27,672 nt of DNA from a virus (IMGVR_UViG_3300020194_001998:1-27672); one strand, 5' to 3'; positions 9,601 through 16,424 are shown, counted from the stretch's first letter. Notes: a model not told the origin generated them from the sequence alone. Translations and numbers: made by a program.

Positions 9601-12095
9601 TTAAATCTTTTTTGACCTCTTGAGTTTATAGACTCAACACTTATATCAAAAGGATCATTTCCTTGTATGAATGACGCTTTCTGATTACCAGGTCTGCCAG
9701 ATAAATAGAACCTACCTTTACTTTCTCCGACTAACCCTTTTGATTTAGTCACCAAACTTCCAAACAGGTTTCTCATTTTTGCTGGCTGTTTGCCAGAATA
9801 TGCTGGTTGATTAGCTATATTCTCTGCACTTGTAAAAATTCCTCGGTAAACTCCATTGTTTATCAAACCTTTATATCTTCTCTCTAAAAATTTTTTATAA
9901 TCTTGATTGATCGTGTACTTTACTCGTCCATCTTTTTGACTGGGGTCTCTCTGGATTAATTTATCTTTTATTGAAGCCGCCTTTTTTTCAAAATACGAAT
10001 TATTTTGCGGCATTCTTTCTACTTTTACTTTCCCAGTAAACTTATCACTCAAGTCTGCGTATTTACTTATTTTTGATGTTGCTCCCGTATTACTACTTGC
10101 ACCAAGCTGTCTAGCGGTATAGCTAATTGTTTTACCATGCCCAAATCCACCTCCTGAAAAGTTTGGTATTATTCCAGAGGCTGCATTTACTTTTTGAGCA
10201 CCATTTGGAAGCCCATATGCTTTTGCCATATTTCGATTAAAAACAGCATCAGCTCCCGACCCCTCATAGTTTCTAACTATCCATTCTCCAGTATTTACCA
10301 CAACGTCTTCAGTTCTCCCAGGGGTCGTTTTTATTTTTGTTGAAACTGGCGAGTCAGTTTTCCTGGCTCCCCCTACCCCTTTATGTATGTCCCTTGATTC
10401 TTTAGCGAAAGCTGGCAAAAAGCCACTGGCCATTCCAAGTGTTTTCTTCCCTTTATTTCTAGCGGGCCTTTTACCCATAGGCACAAAACCAGCGTCAGAA
10501 GCTCCAATACCCGCTAGTCTTGATCCAGCCGCAATTCTATTAATTAATGCTTCTTGTTTTAAGCGCTCTGCGGTTTCTTGTTTTATAATGTTTAAAATTA
10601 TTTGCTCTTGTTTTGCTGTATTGCTTCCCGCCGCAAGTATTTTTTGATAAATTCCAGCATTTGAACTTAATATTTGCCCAATTGCGGCTTGTAAGGATTG
10701 CTGCCTTTTAGTTTCTGAATTTAACCCTAGTATATCCGCAAAGGCTTCTTTTGCGAACTTTGTTACCAGCCCAAATATTTTTATAAAAGCAGCTCCTAAA
10801 ATAACTAACCCTGGTCCAGTTAAAAAACTACCAATACCTCTGATTAGATTTTTAGCTACATCAGACCCGCCCTCTTCAGAAAAAATAGAATTTAGTTTTT
10901 GAGCTAAATTATCTAGAAATTTTAGAATTTCTTTAAAGTTTCCTGATAGGGCTAAGTCTCCAATTGAAGCTGCTAGCTCTTGAGAGCTTAGCGTTGTTTG
11001 TTTAAACAAAGCATCCAAAGTTGTATTTAACTGTTCATTTCTTTGTATAGCTTCGTTTGTTGTATTATTCGCAACACCAAGAGCTTTATTGTATATAGAG
11101 AACCCACTATTTAAATCTTGTAATAATGCTTGTAAATTTTGAATTTGGTAAACCCCCGCTAATTGCTCGGATGTATAAGCTTTCTGACTATCTGATAAAG
11201 TTTTATATACATTTGCATAATCTAATATTATGTCCATTCCACTACGAAAAGATCCATCTAAATTTTTTGTTGCTACCCCAATTTCTTCCAAAGCTTCTCT
11301 AACACCACTCCTTTTAATTCTTGTAAATATACTCTTAAATCCATTTCCTATTACAGACCCCCCTCTAGCTGTTCTTTGTTGAACAGCGGTTATCACCGCC
11401 GATAATTCGTTAAATGAAACTCCAGATGACTGAGCAACAGCTCCTGCTCTAGATATCGCTTCAGCTAAATCAGCTGATGACACAGCAAAGGCGGCATCAA
11501 CATTCGCCATTCTATTAACAATTTGCTCGTGGGTTATACCCTCTTTATTAAACGAGTTTATTGCCGCTGTTAAAGTTTCTGTTGACTTTACAGCGTCTAA
11601 TCCTGACAACCTACTTAACACTAATGCTGAGTTTACTCTTGCTAAAGTTTCTTCAGCGCTTAAACCTTGCCTAGCTAGTTCTGTAGCCGATTCAGCGACA
11701 TCTTTCAGAGATGTTGCTGTGTTTCTAGCTACATCAAATAATCCATCTCCAAACTTTCTCATTGCTTGGTCAGAAACTTCCATTACAACTTGAATATCTT
11801 TTAGGGATTTCTCAACTTGAGCGGTTGCTAATACCATACCCTTAAAAGCATCGGATATTCCATTAATTACTCCAACAGCCGCTCCGAAAGCAAAAACACG
11901 AGCTGCAGAAGCGTCCATAGATTTCTGAAACTCACTAGCAGCATTTGTTATTTTACCTAACGGTTGAACCATCCCCTTGGGGTTCAACTGAGGTGTCATT
12001 TGCATCCTATTTACAGCAGCCTGAGCTGCTCTAGCATCTCTAATAATACTTTCCTTAAATCCAGTCGAACTGGTTGGTATTTGTATAACACTCAT
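3690..12095 (-). CDS. Tail tape measure protein (TP901-family/PhageMin_Tail-like core) with a central array of cassettes
   Basis: Longest ORF, located after the tail tube and chaperones. N-terminal core VAESATELARQG...AVSSADLAEAISRAG...GSVIGNGFKSIFTRI is typical of TP901-type TMPs; C-terminal third is coiled-coil-like. Confidence 0.92.
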   Translation of the reverse strand: MSVIQIPTSSTGFKESIIRDARAAQAAVNRMQMTPQLNPKGMVQPLGKITNAASEFQKSMDASAARVFAFGAAVGVINGISDAFKGMVLATAQVEKSLKDIQVVMEVSDQAMRKFGDGLFDVARNTATSLKDVAESATELARQGLSAEETLARVNSALVLSRLSGLDAVKSTETLTAAINSFNKEGITHEQIVNRMANVDAAFAVSSADLAEAISRAGAVAQSSGVSFNELSAVITAVQQRTARGGSVIGNGFKSIFTRIKRSGVREALEEIGVATKNLDGSFRSGMDIILDYANVYKTLSDSQKAYTSEQLAGVYQIQNLQALLQDLNSGFSIYNKALGVANNTTNEAIQRNEQLNTTLDALFKQTTLSSQELAASIGDLALSGNFKEILKFLDNLAQKLNSIFSEEGGSDVAKNLIRGIGSFLTGPGLVILGAAFIKIFGLVTKFAKEAFADILGLNSETKRQQSLQAAIGQILSSNAGIYQKILAAGSNTAKQEQIILNIIKQETAERLKQEALINRIAAGSRLAGIGASDAGFVPMGKRPARNKGKKTLGMASGFLPAFAKESRDIHKGVGGARKTDSPVSTKIKTTPGRTEDVVVNTGEWIVRNYEGSGADAVFNRNMAKAYGLPNGAQKVNAASGIIPNFSGGGFGHGKTISYTARQLGASSNTGATSKISKYADLSDKFTGKVKVERMPQNNSYFEKKAASIKDKLIQRDPSQKDGRVKYTINQDYKKFLERRYKGLINNGVYRGIFTSAENIANQPAYSGKQPAKMRNLFGSLVTKSKGLVGESKGRFYLSGRPGNQKASFIQGNDPFDISVESINSRGQKRFKKYEQKTKNEQNITAVLKKGASSFLDNLINLQKKSGRKVIGIKDGNFQNINLTQGAAAMFRGGLNMLVPKDTKVRNSAFKKDGEYTIQKNQDAGQGQFGFLNASSGYVPNFVDRRNRYQKIKDVLADPANKNIKFNTPAFKKLNIETVKKGMGGEFQKMWLENYFKKGLSGDYKMLMRMGYDPDQLLKLRKHYKRGGKINIKTLSRGFIPNFGGSLLTSRGAITTQQINRLKGGNHINNKKTGEKLYLNQFTPDEQSAIKAFKATNSKEVIAQKEQQAKKAKNQLKTIDASRQATMLVATKNFRQKVDTTTQSGENKVRLKYRVEGIKDKRIGNQETALRNKAEKFMLDQAHLTAMKMAGTGKFAANTPMPTKVANAGSIGSAAGSIFETAVQSLGKNSLFTKNNATFDIQGFPDNSLKNLFGYYSPFADAKIGLTPGTKADFNKKLLSLPEIKQEITGKQRREQGRVALKSRKNLSKGYIPSFSKFADFRGMSGLVGGTALAGLFAANAHEGMGDDPGTAALMSSLMFGAGSFGGIKSGDKLKSMYENDYKRYSSKIGNVTYDFRKKDYLEYNKLAKDVNQRIRAANEKLISVLSGKAEGGNLDVLNIEQQIQGLRKEKQAIDKKYIQKSAGVKSARMSPKMMSLMKKYGRRGRRGNMSKGYLPNYSSKPWMSSKQFARFSGSVGRFNKHVAQSKAGSITSSPLRSPGRDNLFSFSRRRQEESLGNIKQYINSDFFRSLDPDIQSRVVKFYNKRMSGFKKNQQPEYLKDDARSNARTMNFVGGYVPNYSNPLMDALSREKGALSARGISSSAIRVEQSAKLKSSMNPEGLAVTNKIDEPLGVDQGISRAKRMGIDPKTHGTTPNFAVPFLPLLKPLVSGLATALAFGIDPLVKALKSTGKFVKKQGSKTMGGMGEMGAMEMGFMFGGPMMAEMLKNGRGEGQLPGSTGVLTDALEYGSMGALLGKRGMLAGAAGGALAGLSRMSERDLQVEAFEKIIKQKEKLDKTLQDSQAIQNYASGVVGLNEALKKGDFEGVARAQDMIYEAMSNASDPELIKRLGDLQNSSKTAEEKLQALNKEMDNLGKRANTLQGLIGIAEDLPTEKSSGDNLGLVDKAQEVVAQTGARLWSASKDWFNLDFRGMWKRASEAGNQVVSNNSDRDAFNTDDGTGKERADSITKKLLGDMKNRIKMEEEARVASRLSGSRTTNNLKSDLSSTQKLRDLLIQQAENESKGIIDSESLKREIRNMQNSDFQFGAIGDKVKEIAEWDIDVTDKINLLDKEIENLGKTINITSGLIGKSQEEIKKGMNTDMSIKAAAEVVKNLNIAEKTQRELEHLTSNQISDPLAEFKDQDDVRSIQRSQTIKAYSGEDEASTKSLMNEMVNSKVLKNALRVAANEESERANTLAQTSVSSVSQQSELEKNSNNAYKAVKAQFDQMKNAQKVFDEMKTNYRQESSLRDFQRDTKYQAKISANDFMSSRGYLSERGYEDRSSQIQKNSVIENQSNKLNEQLLTLADSFTDMTSLFDPSASQRAELGLGQESDRKGLGKFEDEEQKRLRNESQQIATIMKQFAAENKDGNITLSETKGVIEKLKMVGEKGNLIAQTAYNLERANGRETIAQLNRISLEAMAAKAQAASNRLASQGGALLGPQERKNNSELSIEGATKMEEMKKTASAVTWDLKEGKTPSNNSVFGNGLPGNAGDNTIGAMGAEAIHAFRKLADTLGVNETMFTGMNEDMANYIVALENANNWFSDLQKFDPQSAEKLKPIFEKMKSRMDEDLKITQNFAKNLQNIADKTNNINPKDLKDPMDRLGQTISNKLDAGINITNIEASITTPLTSIKDEIINQTAEIIKLQEGNGENEGEGDGNGGGEGIDFKELAASVTTFSESINQLADFPKTLMDTLRELVIKHEVTGGIKFDFNSDVVRGQLTPVMMQTLKNLLQDGMILDYLANALAPRIQLKNKTAPQ
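7005..10433 (-). repeat. Eight dispersed copies of a peptide motif xx[SKRG]G[FY][ILV]P[NS][FY] inside the TMP
   Basis: MASGFLPAF 10407-10433, AASGIIPNF 10158-10184, ASSGYVPNF 9270-9296, LSRGFIPNF 8967-8993, LSKGYIPSF 8151-8177, MSKGYLPNY 7602-7628, FVGGYVPNY 7236-7262, THGTTPNF 7005-7028. Confidence 0.9.
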
Positions 12096-12109
12096 TTTCC
12101 TTTTACCTT
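12094..12109 (-). promoter_or_regulatory. Conserved translation-initiation-region motif AAGGTAAAAGGAAAAT at the TMP start
   Basis: Exact 16-nt match to 15002-15017; the 10-nt core AGGTAAAAGG also occurs at 13971-13980. Confidence 0.6.
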
Positions 12110-12118
12110 AACTTTAAG

Positions 12119-12123
12119 TACAC
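12119..12123 (-). promoter_or_regulatory. Possible late-promoter downstream element GTGTA before the TMP (upstream element not evident)
   Basis: TGTA lies 23 nt before the TMP ATG, matching the element at other operon starts. Confidence 0.35.
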
Positions 12124-13112
12124 TATTTTTTATGCATTTTCATAAAGTCCTCCATGGTTAATTCCCCTCCTTTTTCTTCGGCTATTTTGTGAATATCTCT
12201 ACCCTTAGGTTTTTCAACACCAAGATCCTTCATCTCTTCGTTTGATAATTTTGCAAATGAAAACCCATCTGATTCTTGAGATTTTTTAATTATCTTTTCG
12301 GCTTTATCCTTTTTCGCATCTGTTTCTTCTATGAAGTTAATGATTTTTTCTGCATCGTCTTGTATATCTTTCGGAATTTCTCTATTCTCAAAAATAGCCC
12401 GAAACATTTTAGAGTAATTTAATAAATTAGTTTGGTAAAAACTTAGTTGCAAGACTGGCTTGTTAAAAAAATTAGACAAATCTTTATCGAAAATCGATGC
12501 TAAATTTTTAAAAGAACTTAAAAGAGCGGTCTGCATAATATTTTTATCCGATAGCTTTTCTATAGCTTGTGTATACAAATTAAAAAAATTATTTAATTCA
12601 AAATAATCTAAATCCTGAAACTCTTCTTCTGTCCATAGATTTTCTTCTAATTTTGCATCTTTAAATGTGCACAGTCTTAACACTTCTTCATTGCTTTTTT
12701 TTTCAGCGTAGTGTTCAGCTGTAACACGTAAAAAAGATTTTTTTAACTCTAAAGATTTTTTAAATTCAGGTTCAATTTCTTTTAATCTTTTTGATATAGA
12801 CTCTTTTTCAAATCCTCTAAATACTTTTTGTAAAGTCTGCTTTAGATTTTTTACTTCTAACTCTTGGTTAGATAATTTTTCTTCATCTTTTTCTGTCCAT
12901 TGACCTGTCTCTTTTAAACTTTCAAACAAATCTTCCTCTTTAGGAATTTGTTTTCTTATAGCATTAGAATAATAATCTTCATAAAGATTGTTAATAATAT
13001 TAAATTCTTTTAATGTTAAATGTTTTACATAAATTTTTTTAGAATTTATTTCTGAAACAGAGAAGCCGTCGCATATTTCTTGAAATATCAAAGATATTTC
13101 TCTATTATTCAC
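12123..13112 (-). CDS. Putative tail assembly chaperone 2 (329 aa, GTG start)
   Basis: Directly upstream of the TMP, charged and helical, overlaps the upstream ORF by 8 nt, and aligns by eye with the 287-aa ORF. Confidence 0.55.
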   Translation of the reverse strand: MNNREISLIFQEICDGFSVSEINSKKIYVKHLTLKEFNIINNLYEDYYSNAIRKQIPKEEDLFESLKETGQWTEKDEEKLSNQELEVKNLKQTLQKVFRGFEKESISKRLKEIEPEFKKSLELKKSFLRVTAEHYAEKKSNEEVLRLCTFKDAKLEENLWTEEEFQDLDYFELNNFFNLYTQAIEKLSDKNIMQTALLSSFKNLASIFDKDLSNFFNKPVLQLSFYQTNLLNYSKMFRAIFENREIPKDIQDDAEKIINFIEETDAKKDKAEKIIKKSQESDGFSFAKLSNEEMKDLGVEKPKGRDIHKIAEEKGGELTMEDFMKMHKK

Positions 13113-13968
13113 TTCCTTTTTCTTCTTCTGAATTTTCTTCTAAATTTTCCTCTGAAGATTCATCTTCCTTGAGGGTGCTTTTCATTTCTTCGAAGATTGC
13201 CTCTATACTTTCAGAGTCTTGATTTCCACTAACATACCATATTGTAATTATAGATGAAATTTTATCAATACTCTTTTGATACAAGTCGTCTTCTGAGTCT
13301 TCCTTATCTTGATAGGATTCATATTTTGATTCAAAATCATCTCCATCAAACATTTTTTCAAAAGGTCTATCCTCGCCTTCGCCTTCTTGGAAATAACTTA
13401 AATTTAAAATATACCACATTATAGCTCGATTTCTAGCTTTTACATCTGCAGTATGATCAAACAAGGAGTTTTGAAGCATTTCGTACTCAGTTAACTCTTT
13501 TTTTAAGAAAGATAAGTCTCTGATTGACTCGTTTAATTTTTCTCGTTGCCTATTAGATAAACTATTATTTTCTCCGAATATTGAAAACTGCTGAACTTCC
13601 AACTGCTTTTGATGCATTTTGTATAATAATTCAGCATATATCTTTTGTTCCTTTTCAGACCATATACCTCCTTGATTTCCGTATTGTTTAGCTAGCATCG
13701 CTTTTGTAAGTAATCCCATTTTAATAAACTTATTCAACTCCAAACTATAAAACATATCTCCTTCTTCAAGTTCAGTCCTGTTTGGCTTCTTAATAATTAT
13801 CCTATAAGGAACTTCTTTGTCCACCTTAACTTTCTCTATAGAAGTTACCACTTCCGCTTTTCCAGTTTCTTTATTTTTGCGTTTTGTTTTCTTTTCTATT
13901 TCTTCTTCAATTTCTCTATTTAAATTTAAAGAGAAGGAATAGAGTATATTTTTTTCATTTATTTTCAT
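13105..13968 (-). CDS. Putative tail assembly chaperone 1 (287 aa)
   Basis: Located between the tail tube and the TMP; acidic C-terminal tail; paralogous to 12123..13112. Confidence 0.55.
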   Translation of the reverse strand: MKINEKNILYSFSLNLNREIEEEIEKKTKRKNKETGKAEVVTSIEKVKVDKEVPYRIIIKKPNRTELEEGDMFYSLELNKFIKMGLLTKAMLAKQYGNQGGIWSEKEQKIYAELLYKMHQKQLEVQQFSIFGENNSLSNRQREKLNESIRDLSFLKKELTEYEMLQNSLFDHTADVKARNRAIMWYILNLSYFQEGEGEDRPFEKMFDGDDFESKYESYQDKEDSEDDLYQKSIDKISSIITIWYVSGNQDSESIEAIFEEMKSTLKEDESSEENLEENSEEEKGSE

Positions 13969-13970
13969 AA

Positions 13971-13980
13971 CCTTTTACCT
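13971..13980 (-). promoter_or_regulatory. AGGTAAAAGG motif 2 nt upstream of the 287-aa ORF start
   Basis: Exact third copy of the 10-mer; overlaps the sulfotransferase stop codon. Confidence 0.55.
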
Positions 13981-14697
13981 GTATTTATAATTAAATTGAT
14001 TTATATCTTTTTCGTAAATTTTTGCTACTTTTTCAATTTGTTCAGTTTTAGTATAATATTCTGAGTAATGCTTTCTTACTCCGCTTGAATTCCATTTTTT
14101 ATCAATAGGAAAATCTGGTAATTCTAATTTTAACTTAATGTGGTCCATATACACATCAAGCTCTTCATACTTAAATATATCTTGTACCAATCGTTTTCCT
14201 TGTTCGTCGTACAAATGATCATACTGGGGCATGGTATGCCAATAAGCATCTGTAAAGCTTTTATCAAACGGCAGAGTGTCGATAAACTTTTCAAAACTTA
14301 TTATGCTTGTCACCCTGTTTTTCCAAGCTGAAACTAATCTATCCCAAGGGTTTCTTACAAAAGCAAATTTATAAAAATCATCCCAAGTGTTATGGTCGAT
14401 TTTTTTTACCATTTCAAGTTCTGATGAATTAATGTTTTTTGCAAAGTATGGGATAGCTTTACCCCGCGCTCTCTCTAAATCATTATGAGCTGCAATTTGT
14501 TTCATGTTTTCCCGCACTCTAATGCAGCATCCTTTCGAGTATTTATAATCAGGACTTGTTGTGTCACAAGGTCCGTCTATTGGGGAGTACCTAAATGTAT
14601 GCCACCCACACCGACCGAAAAATACAGTTAGGGATGTTCCTGCATTTTTAGGAACATGAAAAAAAATTGATTTTTTTTTAAAACAAATTTTAGCCAT
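13975..14697 (-). CDS. PAPS-dependent sulfotransferase (Sulfotransfer_2 / carbohydrate sulfotransferase-like)
   Basis: 5'-PSB motif FFHVPKNAGTS, 3'-PB motif FAFVRNPWDRLVSAW, HTMPQ, and C-terminal YEKDINQFNY. Confidence 0.9.
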   Translation of the reverse strand: MAKICFKKKSIFFHVPKNAGTSLTVFFGRCGWHTFRYSPIDGPCDTTSPDYKYSKGCCIRVRENMKQIAAHNDLERARGKAIPYFAKNINSSELEMVKKIDHNTWDDFYKFAFVRNPWDRLVSAWKNRVTSIISFEKFIDTLPFDKSFTDAYWHTMPQYDHLYDEQGKRLVQDIFKYEELDVYMDHIKLKLELPDFPIDKKWNSSGVRKHYSEYYTKTEQIEKVAKIYEKDINQFNYKYR

Positions 14698-14712
14698 AAC
14701 TTTATTATAAAG

Positions 14713-14997
14713 TTATTTTTTTGTTTTTATATCAAAATTTTCCATATAGGAAATTAACTCTCTTTTTACATCGTTGCCAGAATCTAATATTTTTTTTCTT
14801 AAGAAGTTAAATTGAGCACGATCTAAGTATTCTGCTTGGCTTAATAGTTCTTTTTTTTCAGGTATAGAATTTTTAAGTTTACTAAATTGTATGTCATGCT
14901 CTTGCTGTAGGCCTTCTATGAGATTTAAACAATTTTTATAAACCGTCGTGATTGACCTGACCACTTGAAACTCTAAGAGTTCTTTATCTTTATTCAT
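14713..14997 (-). CDS. Hypothetical helical protein (94 aa)
   Basis: Co-oriented ORF preceded by the promoter motif and the AGGTAAAAGG motif; no recognisable domain. Confidence 0.75.
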   Translation of the reverse strand: MNKDKELLEFQVVRSITTVYKNCLNLIEGLQQEHDIQFSKLKNSIPEKKELLSQAEYLDRAQFNFLRKKILDSGNDVKRELISYMENFDIKTKK

Positions 14998-15001
14998 GTA
15001 T

Positions 15002-15017
15002 ATTTTCCTTTTACCTT
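15002..15017 (-). promoter_or_regulatory. AAGGTAAAAGGAAAAT motif upstream of the 94-aa ORF
   Basis: Exact 16-nt repeat of 12094-12109. Confidence 0.6.
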
Positions 15018-15027
15018 TTTGTGTATT

Positions 15028-15053
15028 TACACAAAAAAACCCCAGGCGTGAAA
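15028..15053 (-). promoter_or_regulatory. Putative late promoter TTTCAC-N16-TGTA overlapping the terminator
   Basis: TTTCAC (15053-15048, in the hairpin loop), 16-nt spacer, TGTA (15031-15028). Confidence 0.65.
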
Positions 15054-15069
15054 CCTGAGGTTTTTTTTT
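15033..15069 (-). terminator. Intrinsic terminator after the tail tube gene
   Basis: Minus strand CCTCAGG-TTTCACG-CCTGGGG followed by T7. The single non-Watson-Crick pair is a U-G wobble only on the minus strand. Confidence 0.88.
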
Positions 15070-15084
15070 AATATAATTCTTATA

Positions 15085-16362
15085 TTAAGGAGTTGGAGTT
15101 GTAGGAACTCCATCATTCGCTCCAACTTTATTCTTAGCTTCTGTAATTAAGAAAATTCCGTTTTCACTATCGTTGGCTCCTCCAACTTGAGAGGAGAAAG
15201 TAAGATCGACAGTTTTATTGTCCCCGATAGATGCTGAAAAAGCCTGGGTGTCAAGAATAGCATTTCTCATAATGAATACCATTGCATTAGCTGCTCCACA
15301 TCTTGTGTTTAGTACGATTGCAATATCTCTACCCTTTTCTGAGCCGCACAACAATTCATCTAAGCTTCCATCTGAAAACTCGGTCATCAATGCGGAAACA
15401 CTCAATGTCATATTTAAAGGAAAATCAACCTTTCTGGAAAATGGATACAAGCTACCAAGTCTATTCAATGGGCTTCGAGACACTGGTATATCTAGGGAAA
15501 TATTTTGTACGTGAATAGAGCTTTTTGTTTTTGTTTCATTCACACCTGGCAGGATGGCTCCTCCAGTCTGTAGTTTTCCAGCTTCGGTGGCGCCTAAATA
15601 CCCTTTAGCATCAAAATCTATAGAAATATCTCCAGGCCTGATAGCAAAAACTTCTTGTCCGTCAACCGTAATATTTCCATCTGTAGACGCTACACCTGCA
15701 AAATCAACCTTATTGTCTAGCCTACCTCCCGTAGTTGATTCAATGTCAATTGAGGGGTTTTGCAACTGGCTAGTAAGATCATTCTTAAAAACAATGTTGG
15801 ACGCTTCTACAGATACACTTGCTGTAGCTAGTTCTCCAACAGCGGCTGAAATTCCATAACTTGTCACAAAGCCATTACCAACTGCGATTACTCCATTAGT
15901 TGTTTTTGCTACTGATGCTGCTCCTCCAGGTAATGGCAATGATTGACCATGCACATCTTCTCCTTCTGGCACAGTAACGATGTAGTAATTTAATTCATCG
16001 TTGTTTGCGTCTCCAGTCAATAAATCTTTAGTCATTGGTGTAGCGTTAGACAAAGTAAACTGCCCAGCTGCATTACTGTTAAAACCTAACAAATCCTCTT
16101 GAGTACCATCTGTTAAATAGTAAGAAAAATCTAAAGAAACCGTGGGTGGTTCTGTGACTTCTCTAGATAATGCAGCTAGTTGTCCAAATTCATTTACATC
16201 AGTACGAGTTACTTCTAAATTGTAACTCATATCTTGCACTCTGTTAATTTCTTTTATGTCGTTTGAGTCAATAAGTTGACCAGAACCACTGGCGGCACCT
16301 GTTCCTTCTAGTTTACTTACATATAACGATTCGCTTTGATATAATACTCTGTCTGTTGCCAT
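15085..16362 (-). CDS. Major tail (tube) protein (425 aa)
   Basis: Follows the neck genes and has its own promoter motif and terminator, consistent with a highly expressed gene. Tube-like segments RVQDMSYNLEVTRTDVNEFG...PPTVSLDFSY and VQNISLDIPVSRSPLNRLGS...PLNMTLSVS resemble each other. Confidence 0.75.
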   Translation of the reverse strand: MATDRVLYQSESLYVSKLEGTGAASGSGQLIDSNDIKEINRVQDMSYNLEVTRTDVNEFGQLAALSREVTEPPTVSLDFSYYLTDGTQEDLLGFNSNAAGQFTLSNATPMTKDLLTGDANNDELNYYIVTVPEGEDVHGQSLPLPGGAASVAKTTNGVIAVGNGFVTSYGISAAVGELATASVSVEASNIVFKNDLTSQLQNPSIDIESTTGGRLDNKVDFAGVASTDGNITVDGQEVFAIRPGDISIDFDAKGYLGATEAGKLQTGGAILPGVNETKTKSSIHVQNISLDIPVSRSPLNRLGSLYPFSRKVDFPLNMTLSVSALMTEFSDGSLDELLCGSEKGRDIAIVLNTRCGAANAMVFIMRNAILDTQAFSASIGDNKTVDLTFSSQVGGANDSENGIFLITEAKNKVGANDGVPTTPTP

Positions 16363-16392
16363 AATTTATAAAATTTAAGTTATAAACTTATA

Positions 16393-16418
16393 TACAGTAA
16401 AAACCAATGAATGTGAAA
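16393..16418 (-). promoter_or_regulatory. Putative late promoter TTTCAC-N16-TGTA
   Basis: Intergenic, 30 nt upstream of the tail tube ATG. Confidence 0.7.
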
Positions 16419-16424
16419 TTATTT

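Noticed and set aside
7005-10433. Inteins, introns or a diversity-generating retroelement as the explanation for the TMP inserts
   Set aside because: No C/S...HN splice junctions, no LAGLIDADG or HNH motifs, no frame breaks, no reverse transcriptase and no TR/VR pair were seen.
13105-13140. Programmed -1 frameshift joining the two chaperone-like ORFs
   Set aside because: The downstream ORF is in the +1/-2 frame, that frame is open for only about 9 codons before its GTG, and GAAAAAG is not a canonical X XXY YYZ site. Translational coupling is the simpler explanation.
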